Positions 38,310 to 49,454 of a stretch of 64,000 nucleotides of DNA are shown one piece after another. The notes under the pieces were generated by a model. That model ran no database searches, had not been told where the DNA came from, and saw only the letters and a list, made by a program, of their open reading frames with translations. Origin of the DNA: Desulfatiglandales bacterium (lineage in GTDB: Bacteria; Desulfobacterota; DSM-4660; Desulfatiglandales; Desulfatiglandaceae); NCBI GenBank assembly GCA_963666345.1, contig OY762721.1, positions 3,104,001 to 3,168,000 on the forward strand. The letters run 5' to 3'. Each line of letters opens with the position of its first letter. Within the stretch, counting starts at the first letter, position 1. The translations under genes were made by a program, and so were the position numbers.

Positions 38310-38792
38310 TTGAAATTTTTGGCAGACTCCATGCTGGGAAGACTGGCAAAGTGGCTTAGGATACTCGGCTTTGACACCATTTATCTTCGTCAGCCGCACG
38401 AAGATTCCCTGGATCGACTGCTTGAGGAAGAAAGGCTTCTTTTGACGCGTCACAGGGCCACGGCCGAAAAATACCGGAACTCCCTGCTTATTACTCAAGA
38501 CCATGTAGAGGGGCAACTGGCCCAGCTGAAAAGGGAACTCGATCTCGCACCCGCGCCTTCGGCCATTTTCAGCAGATGCATCCTGTGTAATTCTCTTCTG
38601 ACGAATGCGGACCCTGAAGAGGTAGAGGACCTTGTGCCTGAATATGTCTTTTACAGAAAAGTTGATAAGATCAGATATTGCCCCCAATGCGGCCGCTATT
38701 TCTGGCCCGGGACTCACAGACAGAGTATGCTGGACCAGGTCCGGAGATGGGGGCTTTTGCCGGAGAAAGCGCAGGACAATGCCGTTTATTGA
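38310..38792 (+). CDS. Mut7-C RNase-domain protein
   Basis: FLADSMLGRLAKWLRILGFDT, RCILCN, CPQCGRYFWPGTH. Confidence 0.9.
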   Translation: MKFLADSMLGRLAKWLRILGFDTIYLRQPHEDSLDRLLEEERLLLTRHRATAEKYRNSLLITQDHVEGQLAQLKRELDLAPAPSAIFSRCILCNSLLTNADPEEVEDLVPEYVFYRKVDKIRYCPQCGRYFWPGTHRQSMLDQVRRWGLLPEKAQDNAVY

Positions 38793-38983
38793 TGGACAAG
38801 CCTTCCCTCCGGCGCAGGTTTTTCTTTCCTTTTTTCAGGATGGGCTTGTCTGTTTTTTAAGGTTTTGATATCCTTATTATAATAAACGGCGAAAAAGTCC
38901 TATTCCAGAAAGAAAGGAGGTGTTCCCGGAAGGTGCGGTAAGTCATTGACCTTAACATCATAGATAAGAAAAGGAGGATCAAA

Positions 38984-39199
38984 ATGGCTGGAAGCACTTA
39001 CAAGGTCATACAACTGGTGGGTTCAAGCGATCAGTCCTGGGAGGATGCCGCAAAGACAGCCCTGGAGACGGCATCTTCAAGCCTGAAGGATCTCAGGATC
39101 GCTGAGGTGACCAAGATGGACGTTACAGTCGAGAACGGCAAGGTAACCTCTTACAGGACGAGGCTGAATGTCTCCTTCAAGTACCAGAAGGACGATTAA
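38984..39199 (+). CDS. Dodecin-family protein
   Basis: YKVIQLVGSSDQSWEDA...VSFKY. Confidence 0.9.
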   Translation: MAGSTYKVIQLVGSSDQSWEDAAKTALETASSSLKDLRIAEVTKMDVTVENGKVTSYRTRLNVSFKYQKDD

Positions 39200-39349
39200 C
39201 CGGCGAATGCCCTCTGACCTTTTGCCCCTTTCATATGAAAATCTATCGGCCGTCCCTTAAATCTGTCTTCAGGACTCTCTTTTCTAAAATAGGCGTGCGA
39301 ATATTTTAAAGTCAGGGTCCAGGACCCGGGAAAAAGGTCAGGGGCGGAA

Positions 39350-40006
39350 TTAATGCTTTTTGAACAACAGGGTATGCCTTTTGGCCCCTTTCTGAGGAAG
39401 ATCGTAGGATACTTTTTCATGCAGGAAGATGCCGGTTTTTCTCATTATCTTTGAGCTTTTTTTTATGGCTTCCGCAAAGTCGCCGCCCTGAAAATTTATC
39501 ATAAGGCCTGTCTGCTTGAGATGGGGGGCACACCACCTGATGACCTTTTCGAGAGGCGCCACGGCCCGTGCGGTTATGATATCATAACCTGCCGGATCGA
39601 GAAGATCTCCGTCCGTCTCTATCCTTCCCCTTTTGACGTTTATCCCTGAAAGCCCTGTAAGGCGGATCACATGTTTGAGGAAATTGACCTTCTTGTTGTT
39701 CGCTTCCATAAGGTGGGTGTTAAGACCCATTCTGCAGATCTTGATCGGAATTATGGGAAAACCGGCGCCTGAGCCCAGATCAAGTATGCTCCCCTGTTCA
39801 GGAATATAGGAAAGGGGAACCAGGGAGTCGAGCAGAAGTTCCTTTATGATCCTGTCCCTTGAGCTGATGCCTGTCAGGTTCGTTTTCTTGCTCCATTCAC
39901 AGAGTTCATCAAGAAATAGTCCCATAGTCTCCGCCCTTTCGGGAGTCAACTCAATCCCCATTTCAAGGGCACAGTCAATCATTTGCCGCTGTTCACGTTC
40001 TTCCAC
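39350..40006 (-). CDS. rsmG: 16S rRNA m7G527 methyltransferase
   Basis: TNLTG, DLGSGAGFP, ITARAV. Confidence 0.9.
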   Translation of the reverse strand: MEEREQRQMIDCALEMGIELTPERAETMGLFLDELCEWSKKTNLTGISSRDRIIKELLLDSLVPLSYIPEQGSILDLGSGAGFPIIPIKICRMGLNTHLMEANNKKVNFLKHVIRLTGLSGINVKRGRIETDGDLLDPAGYDIITARAVAPLEKVIRWCAPHLKQTGLMINFQGGDFAEAIKKSSKIMRKTGIFLHEKVSYDLPQKGAKRHTLLFKKH

Positions 40007-40008
40007 CC

Positions 40009-40662
40009 CTATATTATAACTCTCCTTTTTATGATCTTTACCGCCTCTTCAGGGCTGTCGACTACATTGAATATCTCGAAATCCGATTCCGTTATCATGT
40101 CATTTTTGATAAAGGCCTCCTTTATCCAGCCGAGCAGCCCCTTCCAGTATTCCGAGTCCATGAGTATGACGGGGAAGTACCTTATTCTCTTGGTCTGTAT
40201 CAGAGTAAGTGCCTCGAAAAGTTCGTCCATGGTCCCGAATCCGCCGGGCATTATAATATATGCCACCGCGTATTTTACGAACATGACCTTTCTGATGAAA
40301 AAATACCTGAACTGGAGGCTTATATTGGAGTATTGATTGGCCTTCTGTTCATTCGGAAGATGTATGTGCAGGCCCACGGATTTCGCTCCCCCGTCTGAAG
40401 CGCCTTTATTTGCGGCCTCCATAACGCCCGGCCCGCCTCCCGATATGACGTTGTAGCCCTCCTCGGCAAGAAGCCTGGCAGTCTGCTCGGTATTCTTATA
40501 TGTAAGGCTTTCAGGCTTGACCCTGGAGGAACCAAAGATGGAAACCGCCGGGTATACATCGGGAAGGTACTCGAAGCCCTCCACGAATTCGGCCATTATA
40601 TTGAACATCCTCCATGAATCGTTGAGTGTGAGTTCGTCTACCAGGTATTGTTTTTCAGGCAT
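40009..40662 (-). CDS. LOG-family Rossmann-fold protein
   Basis: GGGPGVMEAAN, PGGFGTMDE. Confidence 0.92.
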   Translation of the reverse strand: MPEKQYLVDELTLNDSWRMFNIMAEFVEGFEYLPDVYPAVSIFGSSRVKPESLTYKNTEQTARLLAEEGYNVISGGGPGVMEAANKGASDGGAKSVGLHIHLPNEQKANQYSNISLQFRYFFIRKVMFVKYAVAYIIMPGGFGTMDELFEALTLIQTKRIRYFPVILMDSEYWKGLLGWIKEAFIKNDMITESDFEIFNVVDSPEEAVKIIKRRVII

Positions 40663-40920
40663 GTTTTTTTCCTTTCAGAAACAATGTCCCAACGGTTGAT
40701 GATATTATACCCCTTTTTTGCCCCAAAAGGCATCGCCGATGTAGTATAATCAGTCCTTACGGCCGTGCCCGGGGCTCAAACGACCCTGATAAATGAAAAA
40801 TTAATTGATCTTTCAGCATTTTTCGTTTAGCTTTCTCTGGCATATAGCGCCCATAATAAGTTCGGCCTTTGATGGTGTCAAGAAACCATAATCGGTCGCT
40901 GCTGCAGGGCAGGAAAAAAT

Positions 40921-40947
40921 TCACCCTTATCAAGGGTGGTTTTTTTT
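40921..40947 (+). terminator. Intrinsic terminator-like hairpin upstream of the oxidoreductase operon
   Basis: CACCCTT-ATC-AAGGGTG followed by a T run and preceded by an A run. Confidence 0.55.
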
Positions 40948-41045
40948 AAGGTGCCTAAAAAGAAATGCCTGAATGTCCAGATAACGTGGCATATAAGAAG
41001 ATCGGAACTATATTTTATAATGAGAGGGGCTAACGTATTTTTGTT

Positions 41046-41249
41046 ATGGCAAAGATAGAATTTAGAGAAGAAAGGTGCAAGGGCTGCGGGCTTTGCGTGA
41101 CGGTCTGTCCCAAGAACCTTATCTCGGTTGATTCAAAGATAAACAGATCCGGTTACCATGTCGCCTGTATCGACGATCAGGAAAGATGCACCGGTTGCGC
41201 ACTATGCGCGGAGATGTGCCCCGACATGGTGATTACCGTCTTTAAATAG
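41046..41249 (+). CDS. 2x[4Fe-4S] ferredoxin (delta subunit)
   Basis: CKGCGLCVTVCP, CTGCALCAEMCP. Confidence 0.93.
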   Translation: MAKIEFREERCKGCGLCVTVCPKNLISVDSKINRSGYHVACIDDQERCTGCALCAEMCPDMVITVFK

Positions 41250-41266
41250 GTAAAAGGAGTCTAAAA

Positions 41267-42328
41267 TTGAAGGACCTGTCACTTGTAAAAGGCAATGACG
41301 CGGTTGCAATGGGGGCTATTGAGGCCGGATGCCGTTTTTATTTCGGGTATCCCATTACACCGCAAAACGAGATCCCCGAATATATGGCAAAGCACCTTCC
41401 TTCAGTGGGCGGGACATTTATACAGGCGGAAAGTGAAATAGCATCCATAAATATGCTCCTGGGGGCCGGGGTAACGGGGGTAAGGGCCATGACGTCCTCC
41501 TCAAGTCCCGGGATCTCGCTCAAGCAGGAGGGAATATCCTACATGTGCGGAAGCCGCATTCCGGGGGTCATAGTGAATATGAGCAGGAGCGGTCCCGGCC
41601 TTGGCGGTATTTCTCCTTCCCAGGGGGATTATTTTCAGTCAACAAGGGGGGGAGGCCATGGAGACTACAGGACGATAGTGCTTGCGCCCCATTCGGTTCA
41701 GGAAAATTACGATCTTACGATGAAGGCCTTTGATCTGGCCGATAAATACAGAAACCCGGTCGTTATACTGGGCGACGCTCTGATGGGTCAGATAAAGGAA
41801 CCCCTTGCAAGGCGTAAATACAGAAAGAGGGAGTATCCAAAGGACTGGACCCTGACAGGCGCGACCGGAAGGGAACCGAGACTCGTAAAGTCACTTTATC
41901 TGTCTGAAGGGGAACTGACCAAGCATAACTGGAACCTGAACAGGATATATAAGAGCATGAAACGGGAAATAATGTTTGAGACCCATCTGCTCGAAGATGC
42001 AAGGCTCGTGCTCGTGGCATTCGGTTCGGTTGCAAGGATACTCAAAAGTTCCATTTATATGGCAAGACAGAAGGGTATGAAGGTGGGGCTTTTCAGGCCG
42101 ATAACCCTTTATCCCTTTCCTTCGGCGCAGCTCGCGAAGGTGGCTCTTTCAATAAAAAACTTCATGGCCATCGAGCTTAACACCGGTCAGATGATCGAGG
42201 ATGTTATGCTTGCGGTCCGTCATAAAGGGCACCATGTGGATTTTTACGGAAGACCTCCCGGTTCTATCCCGTCACCTGATGAACTCTTTGATGAAATAAA
42301 GAAGATTTATAAAAAAAGGATAAGATAA
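41267..42328 (+). CDS. 2-oxoacid:ferredoxin oxidoreductase alpha subunit (VorB-like)
   Basis: GYPITPQ, QAESE, TSSSSPG. Confidence 0.93.
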   Translation: MKDLSLVKGNDAVAMGAIEAGCRFYFGYPITPQNEIPEYMAKHLPSVGGTFIQAESEIASINMLLGAGVTGVRAMTSSSSPGISLKQEGISYMCGSRIPGVIVNMSRSGPGLGGISPSQGDYFQSTRGGGHGDYRTIVLAPHSVQENYDLTMKAFDLADKYRNPVVILGDALMGQIKEPLARRKYRKREYPKDWTLTGATGREPRLVKSLYLSEGELTKHNWNLNRIYKSMKREIMFETHLLEDARLVLVAFGSVARILKSSIYMARQKGMKVGLFRPITLYPFPSAQLAKVALSIKNFMAIELNTGQMIEDVMLAVRHKGHHVDFYGRPPGSIPSPDELFDEIKKIYKKRIR

Positions 42329-43069
42329 ATGAAACAGGTTTTCAGAAGGCCTGAGGCCCTGGTAGATGTGCCTTTCCATTTCTGTCCGGGATGCCATCAT
42401 GGCATAATCCACAGACTGGTGGCCGAGGCGATTGATCAATTCGCTCTGAGGGAAAAGACGATCGGAGTCGCCTCTGTGGGCTGTTCGGTTTTTCTCTATG
42501 ATTATTTTAACGTTGACGTTGTCGAGGCGCCCCATGGAAGGGCCGCCGCCGTGGCTACAGGCGTAAAGCGTGCAATGCCGGATAATTTCGTTTTTACCTA
42601 TCAGGGTGACGGCGATCTGGCGGCTATCGGGACTGCCGAGATAATACATGCCGGTAACAGGGGTGAGAATCTTACGGTGATATTCGTCAACAATATGGTC
42701 TTCGGAATGACCGGAGGTCAGATGGCTCCCACCACCATGGCCGGCCAGGAGACGACAACCACCCCTTACGGAAGGGATCCCGAATCAAACGGTTACCCGA
42801 TCAGAATGTCCGAGGTCATGGCACAGCTGCCGGGTACCACGTTCGTGGCAAGGGCGTCAGTGAGCGATCCAAAGAACCTTATGAAGGCCAAAAAGATGAT
42901 CAGGAGGGCGGTAGAGGTTCAGGTAAACAGGGAGGGTTTCGGATTTGTTGAATTGCTTTCAGCCTGCCCTACCAACTGGAAGATGAGCCCTCAGGACGCC
43001 ACAAAGAGGGTTCAGGAGGAGATGTCCTCCTATTTTCCGTTAGGAGTCTATAAAGGGGAGGTTGATTGA
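42329..43069 (+). CDS. 2-oxoacid:ferredoxin oxidoreductase beta subunit (TPP-binding)
   Basis: [24 protein letters not shown]. Confidence 0.93.
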   Translation: MKQVFRRPEALVDVPFHFCPGCHHGIIHRLVAEAIDQFALREKTIGVASVGCSVFLYDYFNVDVVEAPHGRAAAVATGVKRAMPDNFVFTYQGDGDLAAIGTAEIIHAGNRGENLTVIFVNNMVFGMTGGQMAPTTMAGQETTTTPYGRDPESNGYPIRMSEVMAQLPGTTFVARASVSDPKNLMKAKKMIRRAVEVQVNREGFGFVELLSACPTNWKMSPQDATKRVQEEMSSYFPLGVYKGEVD

Positions 43070-43617
43070 TGTATTTTGACTGTATATTCGCTGGGTTCGG
43101 CGGGCAGGGGGTCATGCTCATGGGAAATATCCTTGCCTACGCCGCAATCGGTGAAAAGAAAAAGGTTACCTATATGCCCGTATACGGCGTTGAGATGAGG
43201 GGTGGAACCGCAAACTGCACGGTTGTTATCTCGGACAGGGATATCGGCTCCCCTATCATACAGAGCCCCTTGACCGCGGTGGTGATGAATCTTCCATCCA
43301 TGGAAAAGTTTGCTCCCAGGGTGAAAAAAGGGGGCCTGGTCGTGGTGAATTCATCCCTGGTGCCGAAGGAGGAGGTAAATACAAAGGGAGTAGAGAGCCT
43401 CATGGTGCCGAGTAATGAACTGGCGGAGGAGCTTGGAAACGACAGACTTGCAAATATGGTCGTGCTTGGCGCGGCAATAGAAAAGAGCGGTGTCGTGGCG
43501 CTTGATTCCGTTAAAAAGGCCCTTTATCCGGCACTTGACCCCAGGTATCACAAGATGATAAACATTAATACAGAGGCCCTTGAAAGGGGAGCCAGGTTTG
43601 TACGGGAAGGAGTATAG
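43066..43617 (+). CDS. 2-oxoacid:ferredoxin oxidoreductase gamma subunit
   Basis: [21 protein letters not shown]. Confidence 0.93.
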   Translation: MMYFDCIFAGFGGQGVMLMGNILAYAAIGEKKKVTYMPVYGVEMRGGTANCTVVISDRDIGSPIIQSPLTAVVMNLPSMEKFAPRVKKGGLVVVNSSLVPKEEVNTKGVESLMVPSNELAEELGNDRLANMVVLGAAIEKSGVVALDSVKKALYPALDPRYHKMININTEALERGARFVREGV

Positions 43618-43664
43618 GACGACCCTTGTGCAGTTAAGCGAGCGACTTGAGCTGAAAGGTCATT

Positions 43665-44366
43665 ATGGAAAAAAAAGGTGAAAAGGATGTCGAAAGGGAT
43701 GCCTACCAGGATTTTCTAGGTGAGGTTTCAGGTCGGTTTTCAGGTGGAGATGAAGAGCGGGCCTTTATGGACAGCATCGGATCCGGCACGCCTGATGAGG
43801 AGTTACCGGTAAAGGTGGGAGAGCGGGTCCGGATGGTGAGGGAAGAGCGTGGATTGAGCCTCAACGATATCTCCCGGAGGACCGGTATTGATGTGCAGAT
43901 TCTTGAACAGGTGGAGGATGGGTCTGTGGCGCCTCCTTTGGGAACGGTCATAAGGCTTGCAAAGGCGCTTGACATGAAGATGGGCTATTTTATCTCAGGT
44001 GAGGAAAACCAGCCCTACACCATTGTGCAGCAGGGAGATCGAAAGGTGGTGTCCCGCTACGATTCGGAAAAAGACAAACAATACGGATACGAATATGAGT
44101 CTCTGGCACCGCACAAAAAGGACAGGCACATGGAACCCTTCCTTGTAACCCTGAGCCCCTCCAAGACGGAAGAGGAGAGATCCACCCATGACGGGCAGGA
44201 ATTTATATATGTCATCAGGGGGCAGATGGAGGTGCGCCTGGGAGATGAGGTACATGTCCTGAAACCTAGGGACAGCATATACTACGACTCGACCATGCCT
44301 CACCTTGTGAAATGTCACGGGCAAGAGGAAACCAAGATCCTGGCGGTACTTTACACAGAAAGATGA
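43665..44366 (+). CDS. XRE-family HTH plus cupin regulator
   Basis: HTH VGERVRMVRE...; HDGQEFIYV, DSIYYDSTMPH. Confidence 0.9.
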   Translation: MEKKGEKDVERDAYQDFLGEVSGRFSGGDEERAFMDSIGSGTPDEELPVKVGERVRMVREERGLSLNDISRRTGIDVQILEQVEDGSVAPPLGTVIRLAKALDMKMGYFISGEENQPYTIVQQGDRKVVSRYDSEKDKQYGYEYESLAPHKKDRHMEPFLVTLSPSKTEEERSTHDGQEFIYVIRGQMEVRLGDEVHVLKPRDSIYYDSTMPHLVKCHGQEETKILAVLYTER

Positions 44367-44367
44367 T

Positions 44368-45228
44368 ATGCCCCTTTTAGGCGCCCATATGTCTATTGCA
44401 GGGGGGCTGGAAAACGCCCTTTTGAGGGGTAGAAAGAGGGGTTGCAGCGCAATCCAGATCTTTACCCGAAACAGCAACCGCTGGGATGTAAAACCCCTTG
44501 AAAAAGATGAAACAGGCAGGTTTCAAAGGGCTAGAAAAGAAACCGGGGTTGAGCCTGTAGCGGTCCATGACAGTTATCTCATAAACCTTGCATCCCCGAG
44601 GCAGGAGGTGAGGGACAGGTCGCTTAAGGCGCTTTTCGAGGAGATAAAAAGGACCGAGGCGCTCAACATACCCTATCTTGTCATGCACCCGGGGGCACAT
44701 CTTGGGCAGGGCGAGAAGGCGGGAATCAAAAGGGTGTCGGATGCCTTTGACCTTATATTGGAACGCTGCGGTAAGACTACTGTAACCATACTGCTTGAGA
44801 CTACCGCAGGGCAGGGCTCGTCACTGGGATACCGTTTTGAGCATATTGCCGGAATAATCGAGCGCGTCAGAAAAAAGGAGCGCTTCGGTGTGTGCCTTGA
44901 TACATGCCACATATTCGCTGCAGGCTATGATTTCAGGACGCCTGGGACATATGCGGATTTGATCGGGAGTTTTGATGAAACAATAGGCCTTGACCGGCTC
45001 AGGCTTTTTCACTTCAATGATTCGAAAAAGGATCCCGGTTCCCGTGTCGATCGGCATGAACATCTTGGCAGGGGTAAAATAGGGAAGACCGGATTGTCCT
45101 TTTTCCTCAAGGACCCCCGCTTCCGGGACATTCCTTTTGTGCTTGAAACGCCTAAGGGGGCCGACCCGAACGGTGATGACTGGGATGAAGTTAATCTGAA
45201 ATTCATGAGAGAGATTCTGGAGGAATAA
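44368..45228 (+). CDS. nfo: Endonuclease IV
   Basis: GAHMSIAGG, HDSYLINL, ETTAGQG, DTCH, DRHE. Confidence 0.95.
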   Translation: MPLLGAHMSIAGGLENALLRGRKRGCSAIQIFTRNSNRWDVKPLEKDETGRFQRARKETGVEPVAVHDSYLINLASPRQEVRDRSLKALFEEIKRTEALNIPYLVMHPGAHLGQGEKAGIKRVSDAFDLILERCGKTTVTILLETTAGQGSSLGYRFEHIAGIIERVRKKERFGVCLDTCHIFAAGYDFRTPGTYADLIGSFDETIGLDRLRLFHFNDSKKDPGSRVDRHEHLGRGKIGKTGLSFFLKDPRFRDIPFVLETPKGADPNGDDWDEVNLKFMREILEE

Positions 45229-45235
45229 TTTCCAA

Positions 45236-45655
45236 ATGATGGTGTTTGATCTTGAGTGCTCCAGGGGCCATACATTCGAGGGCTGGTTTGACAGCCTTGA
45301 GGCCTTTGAGGAGCAGCAGATAAAAAAGATGATCACCTGCCCTTTCTGTGATGATATCGAGATCAGAAAAGTCCTTTCACCCGTGTCTGTAAGCAGCGGG
45401 TCTTCCAGGCCGGTGCCGCAGGGGGCCATTGACTACAAAAAACTGGCGATGGAAGTCAGCGATTACATGCAGAAAAATTTTGAAGATGTGGGAACCAAGT
45501 TCGCCGCCGAGGCCCTTAAGATGCATTACGGCGTCTCTGAAAAAAGAAATATAAGGGGTTCTGCAACACAGGAAGAGGAAAATACCCTTGCCAGCGAAGG
45601 GGTGGAGTTTTTCAAGGTGCCTTTACCGAAAACGGATGACAAAAAAAAGAATTAG
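45236..45655 (+). CDS. DUF1178-family protein
   Basis: FDLEC..GHTFEGWF, CPFC, FAAEALKMHYG..RNIRG. Confidence 0.85.
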   Translation: MMVFDLECSRGHTFEGWFDSLEAFEEQQIKKMITCPFCDDIEIRKVLSPVSVSSGSSRPVPQGAIDYKKLAMEVSDYMQKNFEDVGTKFAAEALKMHYGVSEKRNIRGSATQEEENTLASEGVEFFKVPLPKTDDKKKN

Positions 45656-45703
45656 GAATTCAAGGATAAACCCTTTCACGAAATGAGAACAGGAGGAGTA
45701 TTA

Positions 45704-46300
45704 ATGGCAAAGATAGAGAGGGCGATAATCAGCGTGACCGACAAGACCGGAATAGTGGAATTTGCAAAAGCCCTTTCCCCATTTGGCGTAAAGATCCTGT
45801 CCACAGGCGGAACGGCCCGCGTAATGAGGGATGGAGGAATCGATGTCACGGATATCTCTGCATATACCGGATTTCCTGAAATGATGGACGGCCGCGTTAA
45901 GACCCTTCACCCGAAGGTGCATGGAGGCCTTCTGGGCCTGAGGAGCAATGACGAGCACATGAAGGTTATGAAGGAACATGGCATAGACACCATCGATATG
46001 GTGGTGGTAAACCTCTATCAGTTTGAAAAGACGGTGGCAAAGCAGGGAGTGAGCCTGGAAGAGGCGATAGAAAATATAGATATCGGAGGGCCCTCCATGC
46101 TCAGGTCTTCCGCCAAGAATTTCAAGGACGTGACCGTGATCGTGGACCCAGCGGACTATGAGACGGTCTTAAAGGAGATGGCGGAATCGGGCGGGGAAAC
46201 AACCCTTGAAACCAGGTTCAGGCTTGCCAGAAAGGTATTCAGGCTTACTCATGAATATGACGGCGCCATATCCGATTATCTTGAAGGGGTAGAGGTATAA
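45704..46300 (+). CDS. Stand-alone IMP cyclohydrolase (N-terminal domain of PurH)
   Basis: [27 protein letters not shown]; ends before the transformylase domain. Confidence 0.9.
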   Translation: MAKIERAIISVTDKTGIVEFAKALSPFGVKILSTGGTARVMRDGGIDVTDISAYTGFPEMMDGRVKTLHPKVHGGLLGLRSNDEHMKVMKEHGIDTIDMVVVNLYQFEKTVAKQGVSLEEAIENIDIGGPSMLRSSAKNFKDVTVIVDPADYETVLKEMAESGGETTLETRFRLARKVFRLTHEYDGAISDYLEGVEV

Positions 46301-46476
46301 GACACCTCTTCGCTTTTGAGACGACTCGCTTTTTCAGCACAAGGCATGTTCTTATGGACATGCCTTTTCTTTTTGGCGCAATAGATCGCCTGAAAGGTCC
46401 GGCAGCTGCCTGAGCCGTCCATGTCAGTTTCTTTTGGCCAGGATGCGTACTTGCAGTTTAGGTCGCAGAAATCCAT
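46276..46476 (-). CDS. Small Cys-rich hypothetical protein
   Basis: [21 protein letters not shown]......HKN.PC. Confidence 0.6.
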   Translation of the reverse strand: MDFCDLNCKYASWPKETDMDGSGSCRTFQAIYCAKKKRHVHKNMPCAEKASRLKSEEVSYTSTPSR

Positions 46477-46606
46477 TACTGTTCCATAATGGTGTTGTAA
46501 AGCCCGCATCTGCCGAGTTGCGTTCGATCTTCGTCATTTCAACGTGCTCATGCACTTTGCATCTGCAGCTTTTTCAACACCCTTTTAGATCCGAAATTAT
46601 TCCGAA

Positions 46607-47290
46607 TTACTCACATTGTTTTACCCAGCGGCACACAAGAAACGCCCCGGTATCGAGACCCTCCTTTTCACCTTTTTCTTCAAGCACCTTTGCCCTGCCC
46701 GGCTCATCGGTTTTTTCGAAATGTATGGCTGATCTTGCCTCTCCCTTAAAAGGTGTGCATGACATAAGATCGTCAGGGGATCTGAAAAAGGCCTTTTTAA
46801 AAATTGCGTGTCCCTTTTTACCCGCATCCTTCCTGCGCTCCGCCCAGGGGCTGAGGCTGTTGAGAGTGGCAACTATGACCGAACCGCCCGGCCTGGTCAC
46901 TCTGAACAGTTCTTCTATGGCGATGCAGGCATCCTCGATAAACTCGATTGCTGTGACGGAAACCGCCTTGTCAAAGTAATTGTCTGAAAAGGGAAGCCTT
47001 GTCATATCCCCCGGAACCATGTGGAATGGATGGCCCGTAAGTTTTTCCCGAGCCCTTTTGAGCATCGGAATTGAAATCTCAAGTCCCACAACCTCAGCGC
47101 CCAGATCAAGCAGATCCTTCGTAAACACCCCTGTGCCGCAGCCCGCATCCAGTATCTTTTCGCCCTGTTTCGGCTCCGTCATGTCAAGTACGAGCCTTCC
47201 CTCATAATACCTGATCAGTTTACCGATCGGTGTCTGAAACCATTTGTCATATTTTTCCGGCCAGTCATCAAAGACCGTTTTATCGTTCAT
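46607..47290 (-). CDS. Class I SAM-dependent methyltransferase
   Basis: LDAGCGTG, LPFSDNYFD; GGAGG RBS. Confidence 0.92.
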   Translation of the reverse strand: MNDKTVFDDWPEKYDKWFQTPIGKLIRYYEGRLVLDMTEPKQGEKILDAGCGTGVFTKDLLDLGAEVVGLEISIPMLKRAREKLTGHPFHMVPGDMTRLPFSDNYFDKAVSVTAIEFIEDACIAIEELFRVTRPGGSVIVATLNSLSPWAERRKDAGKKGHAIFKKAFFRSPDDLMSCTPFKGEARSAIHFEKTDEPGRAKVLEEKGEKEGLDTGAFLVCRWVKQCE

Positions 47291-47700
47291 TATTCCTCCA
47301 AGCCTTAACGTTAAAAAAGCGTATAGCAATTTATCAAAATTATGAGTAGCGAAGTATAGATAATGGATGAATCAAAATCAAGAGTCATGACAGGTCCTTT
47401 TTTACTGGGGCGAGAAAAAACAGGCCTTATGCTGAACTTTTTGCCTCGGATAAAGGATTATAGAAGGCTTTCAGGGGGTATCAAATGATCTTAAGATAGC
47501 TGAATCGACGGAACATTCATAAAATGGTTATAACCGTCGTGGCTGGTGCCAAAAAAGGCTTTCTCCAATTGTCGGCTGAATCACCGCAGAGTCAATTCCA
47601 TATACCCCGTCGTGTGGTCCGGTGGGGGGAAGTCCTTTTCAGGAATTGCGGTGTCATCACTATATCGTGAGTCGTAATAGAATAATGACTTCCTGGCGCC

Positions 47701-48186
47701 TCATTTGGAAATAAACGATTCAAAGTAGAGATTTTCAACCGGTTTATCGATGTGACGGTTTACTATCTTAAGGAACTCGGCCTTTATGGCCCTCAAGTTC
47801 CCCTCTTTTACCCATTTATCTATCTGTATCTGATCAAGGCTGGTCAAAAAATCGCTTTTTATAATATGCAGCTTGCTTGTTAAATCAGATACCTGATCTT
47901 CATCTTCACAAGGAATGACCATTTCCATGGACAGTAAACCTTGTTTGCCGATATTCAGGACCGTAGCGCACTTAACTTGTTCGTTGCTTTTTTCACCCCT
48001 TATCGTCTTTAAAATCGATATGTTGGAAAGATTAAGTCGCTTCTCATAGTGAAAAAAGGCCCATGAGCAAAATATCAGGGACCCTACAATGAAGGTTGTT
48101 ACAAACCAATTTTTCTTCACATTATGTCCCACTGAGATTCTCTGATAAATTTCTATAAATAATAGCCTGACAAGTTGCTCATTCAT
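47701..48186 (-). CDS. FliL-like single-TM protein
   Basis: One TM segment; C-terminal IVN....VENLYFESF resembles FliL; start uncertain. Confidence 0.55.
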   Translation of the reverse strand: MNEQLVRLLFIEIYQRISVGHNVKKNWFVTTFIVGSLIFCSWAFFHYEKRLNLSNISILKTIRGEKSNEQVKCATVLNIGKQGLLSMEMVIPCEDEDQVSDLTSKLHIIKSDFLTSLDQIQIDKWVKEGNLRAIKAEFLKIVNRHIDKPVENLYFESFISK

Positions 48187-48637
48187 CAGTGTGAATTATA
48201 TCGCAGAAGCTTCAAAGGCTACCACGGGAGCCTGTTTGTCCGAATGAAACAATCCGTCCTTTGTTCAAAGGGGAAGCTCCAACAATTACCCTGCCACAGC
48301 ATTTTCAATTAAACGCCATGCCGCTAGTTTTCACAGGGTTTTTGACATTACCTCTCGTATCATGGTTTTTCAAGCTTTTTCACAAGAAAAGCGCCTTAAT
48401 GCCGCCAGTCAGGTTCAGGCCGGAAATTGCAACCCGGTCGTTGGTTTTATGTCGTAACCATAAGAATTCGATATATCCGGATAAAAATCGAAGATAGGGC
48501 CTGTGGTGACAATTTTAATTGTGAAAAGAAAATATGGCCTTTCTAAGTTGGTGGTTTTGAGATATTATTCGATTAATCAGTGTGTTATCGAAAGCTGGAA
48601 GGCGAGGAAACCGTTAGATGTGCAGGGTTGGTGTTAG

Positions 48638-49249
48638 ATGCTGGATGATCTTATGAAGACGCAAAAAATTGGGCAAAAATGCTATAATACCGTGGGCCTG
48701 CTCAGTATTGCCGCTTTTACAATAGGCTGCGTACTTGCAATTGCTGTCAACCTGTTACATGCGGAGGAAAAAATGTCGTTTACTCTTACATCTGATGCAT
48801 TTGTCAATGGGGGGGAAATTTCCATGAAATATACATGTGAAGGCAAGGATATTTCACCGCAATTGGAATGGGAAGGGGTGCCGGAAGGTGCGCGCAGCCT
48901 TGTCCTGATAGTCGATGACCCGGATGCCCCTGATCCTGAAGCACCTAAGATGACATGGGTGCACTGGGTCCTCTACAACATACCTCCGGATGCGACCGGT
49001 CTGGCTGAAGGGGTTGTCTCGACGAGCCTTCCACCCGGAACAGAGCAAGGCGCAAATGACTGGGGAAGGACCGGCTACGGTGGCCCGTGCCCTCCTATCG
49101 GCCGACATAGATATTTTCACAAGTTATATGCCCTGGATACGGTTTTAAAAGGGCTCAATAAGCCGACCAAGCAACAGGTCGAGGCTGCTATGAAAGGGTG
49201 TATCATCGCCGTAACCGAGCTTGTCGGGACCTATGAGAAATCCAGGTAG
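48638..49249 (+). CDS. YbhB/YbcL (PEBP) family protein
   Basis: DPDAP, WVHW, GYGGPCPP, HRY. Confidence 0.92.
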   Translation: MLDDLMKTQKIGQKCYNTVGLLSIAAFTIGCVLAIAVNLLHAEEKMSFTLTSDAFVNGGEISMKYTCEGKDISPQLEWEGVPEGARSLVLIVDDPDAPDPEAPKMTWVHWVLYNIPPDATGLAEGVVSTSLPPGTEQGANDWGRTGYGGPCPPIGRHRYFHKLYALDTVLKGLNKPTKQQVEAAMKGCIIAVTELVGTYEKSR

Positions 49250-49454
49250 CCTATCGGCCGGTTTATTCCGATTTCCATTGAGGATTTCAATAAAATTCAC
49301 TATACCGGCATACTCATGACAAAGATCGCGTCAGGAGCTGTCAGGCTCGTGATTAAACAAAGGCGGGCACAAGGTCACAAGGGATAGCGATGCGAGAGAT
49401 ATCCAAGTGCCATGCCTTGAGTAACAGGTAGAGACAATTAATCGGGGGGATTAA

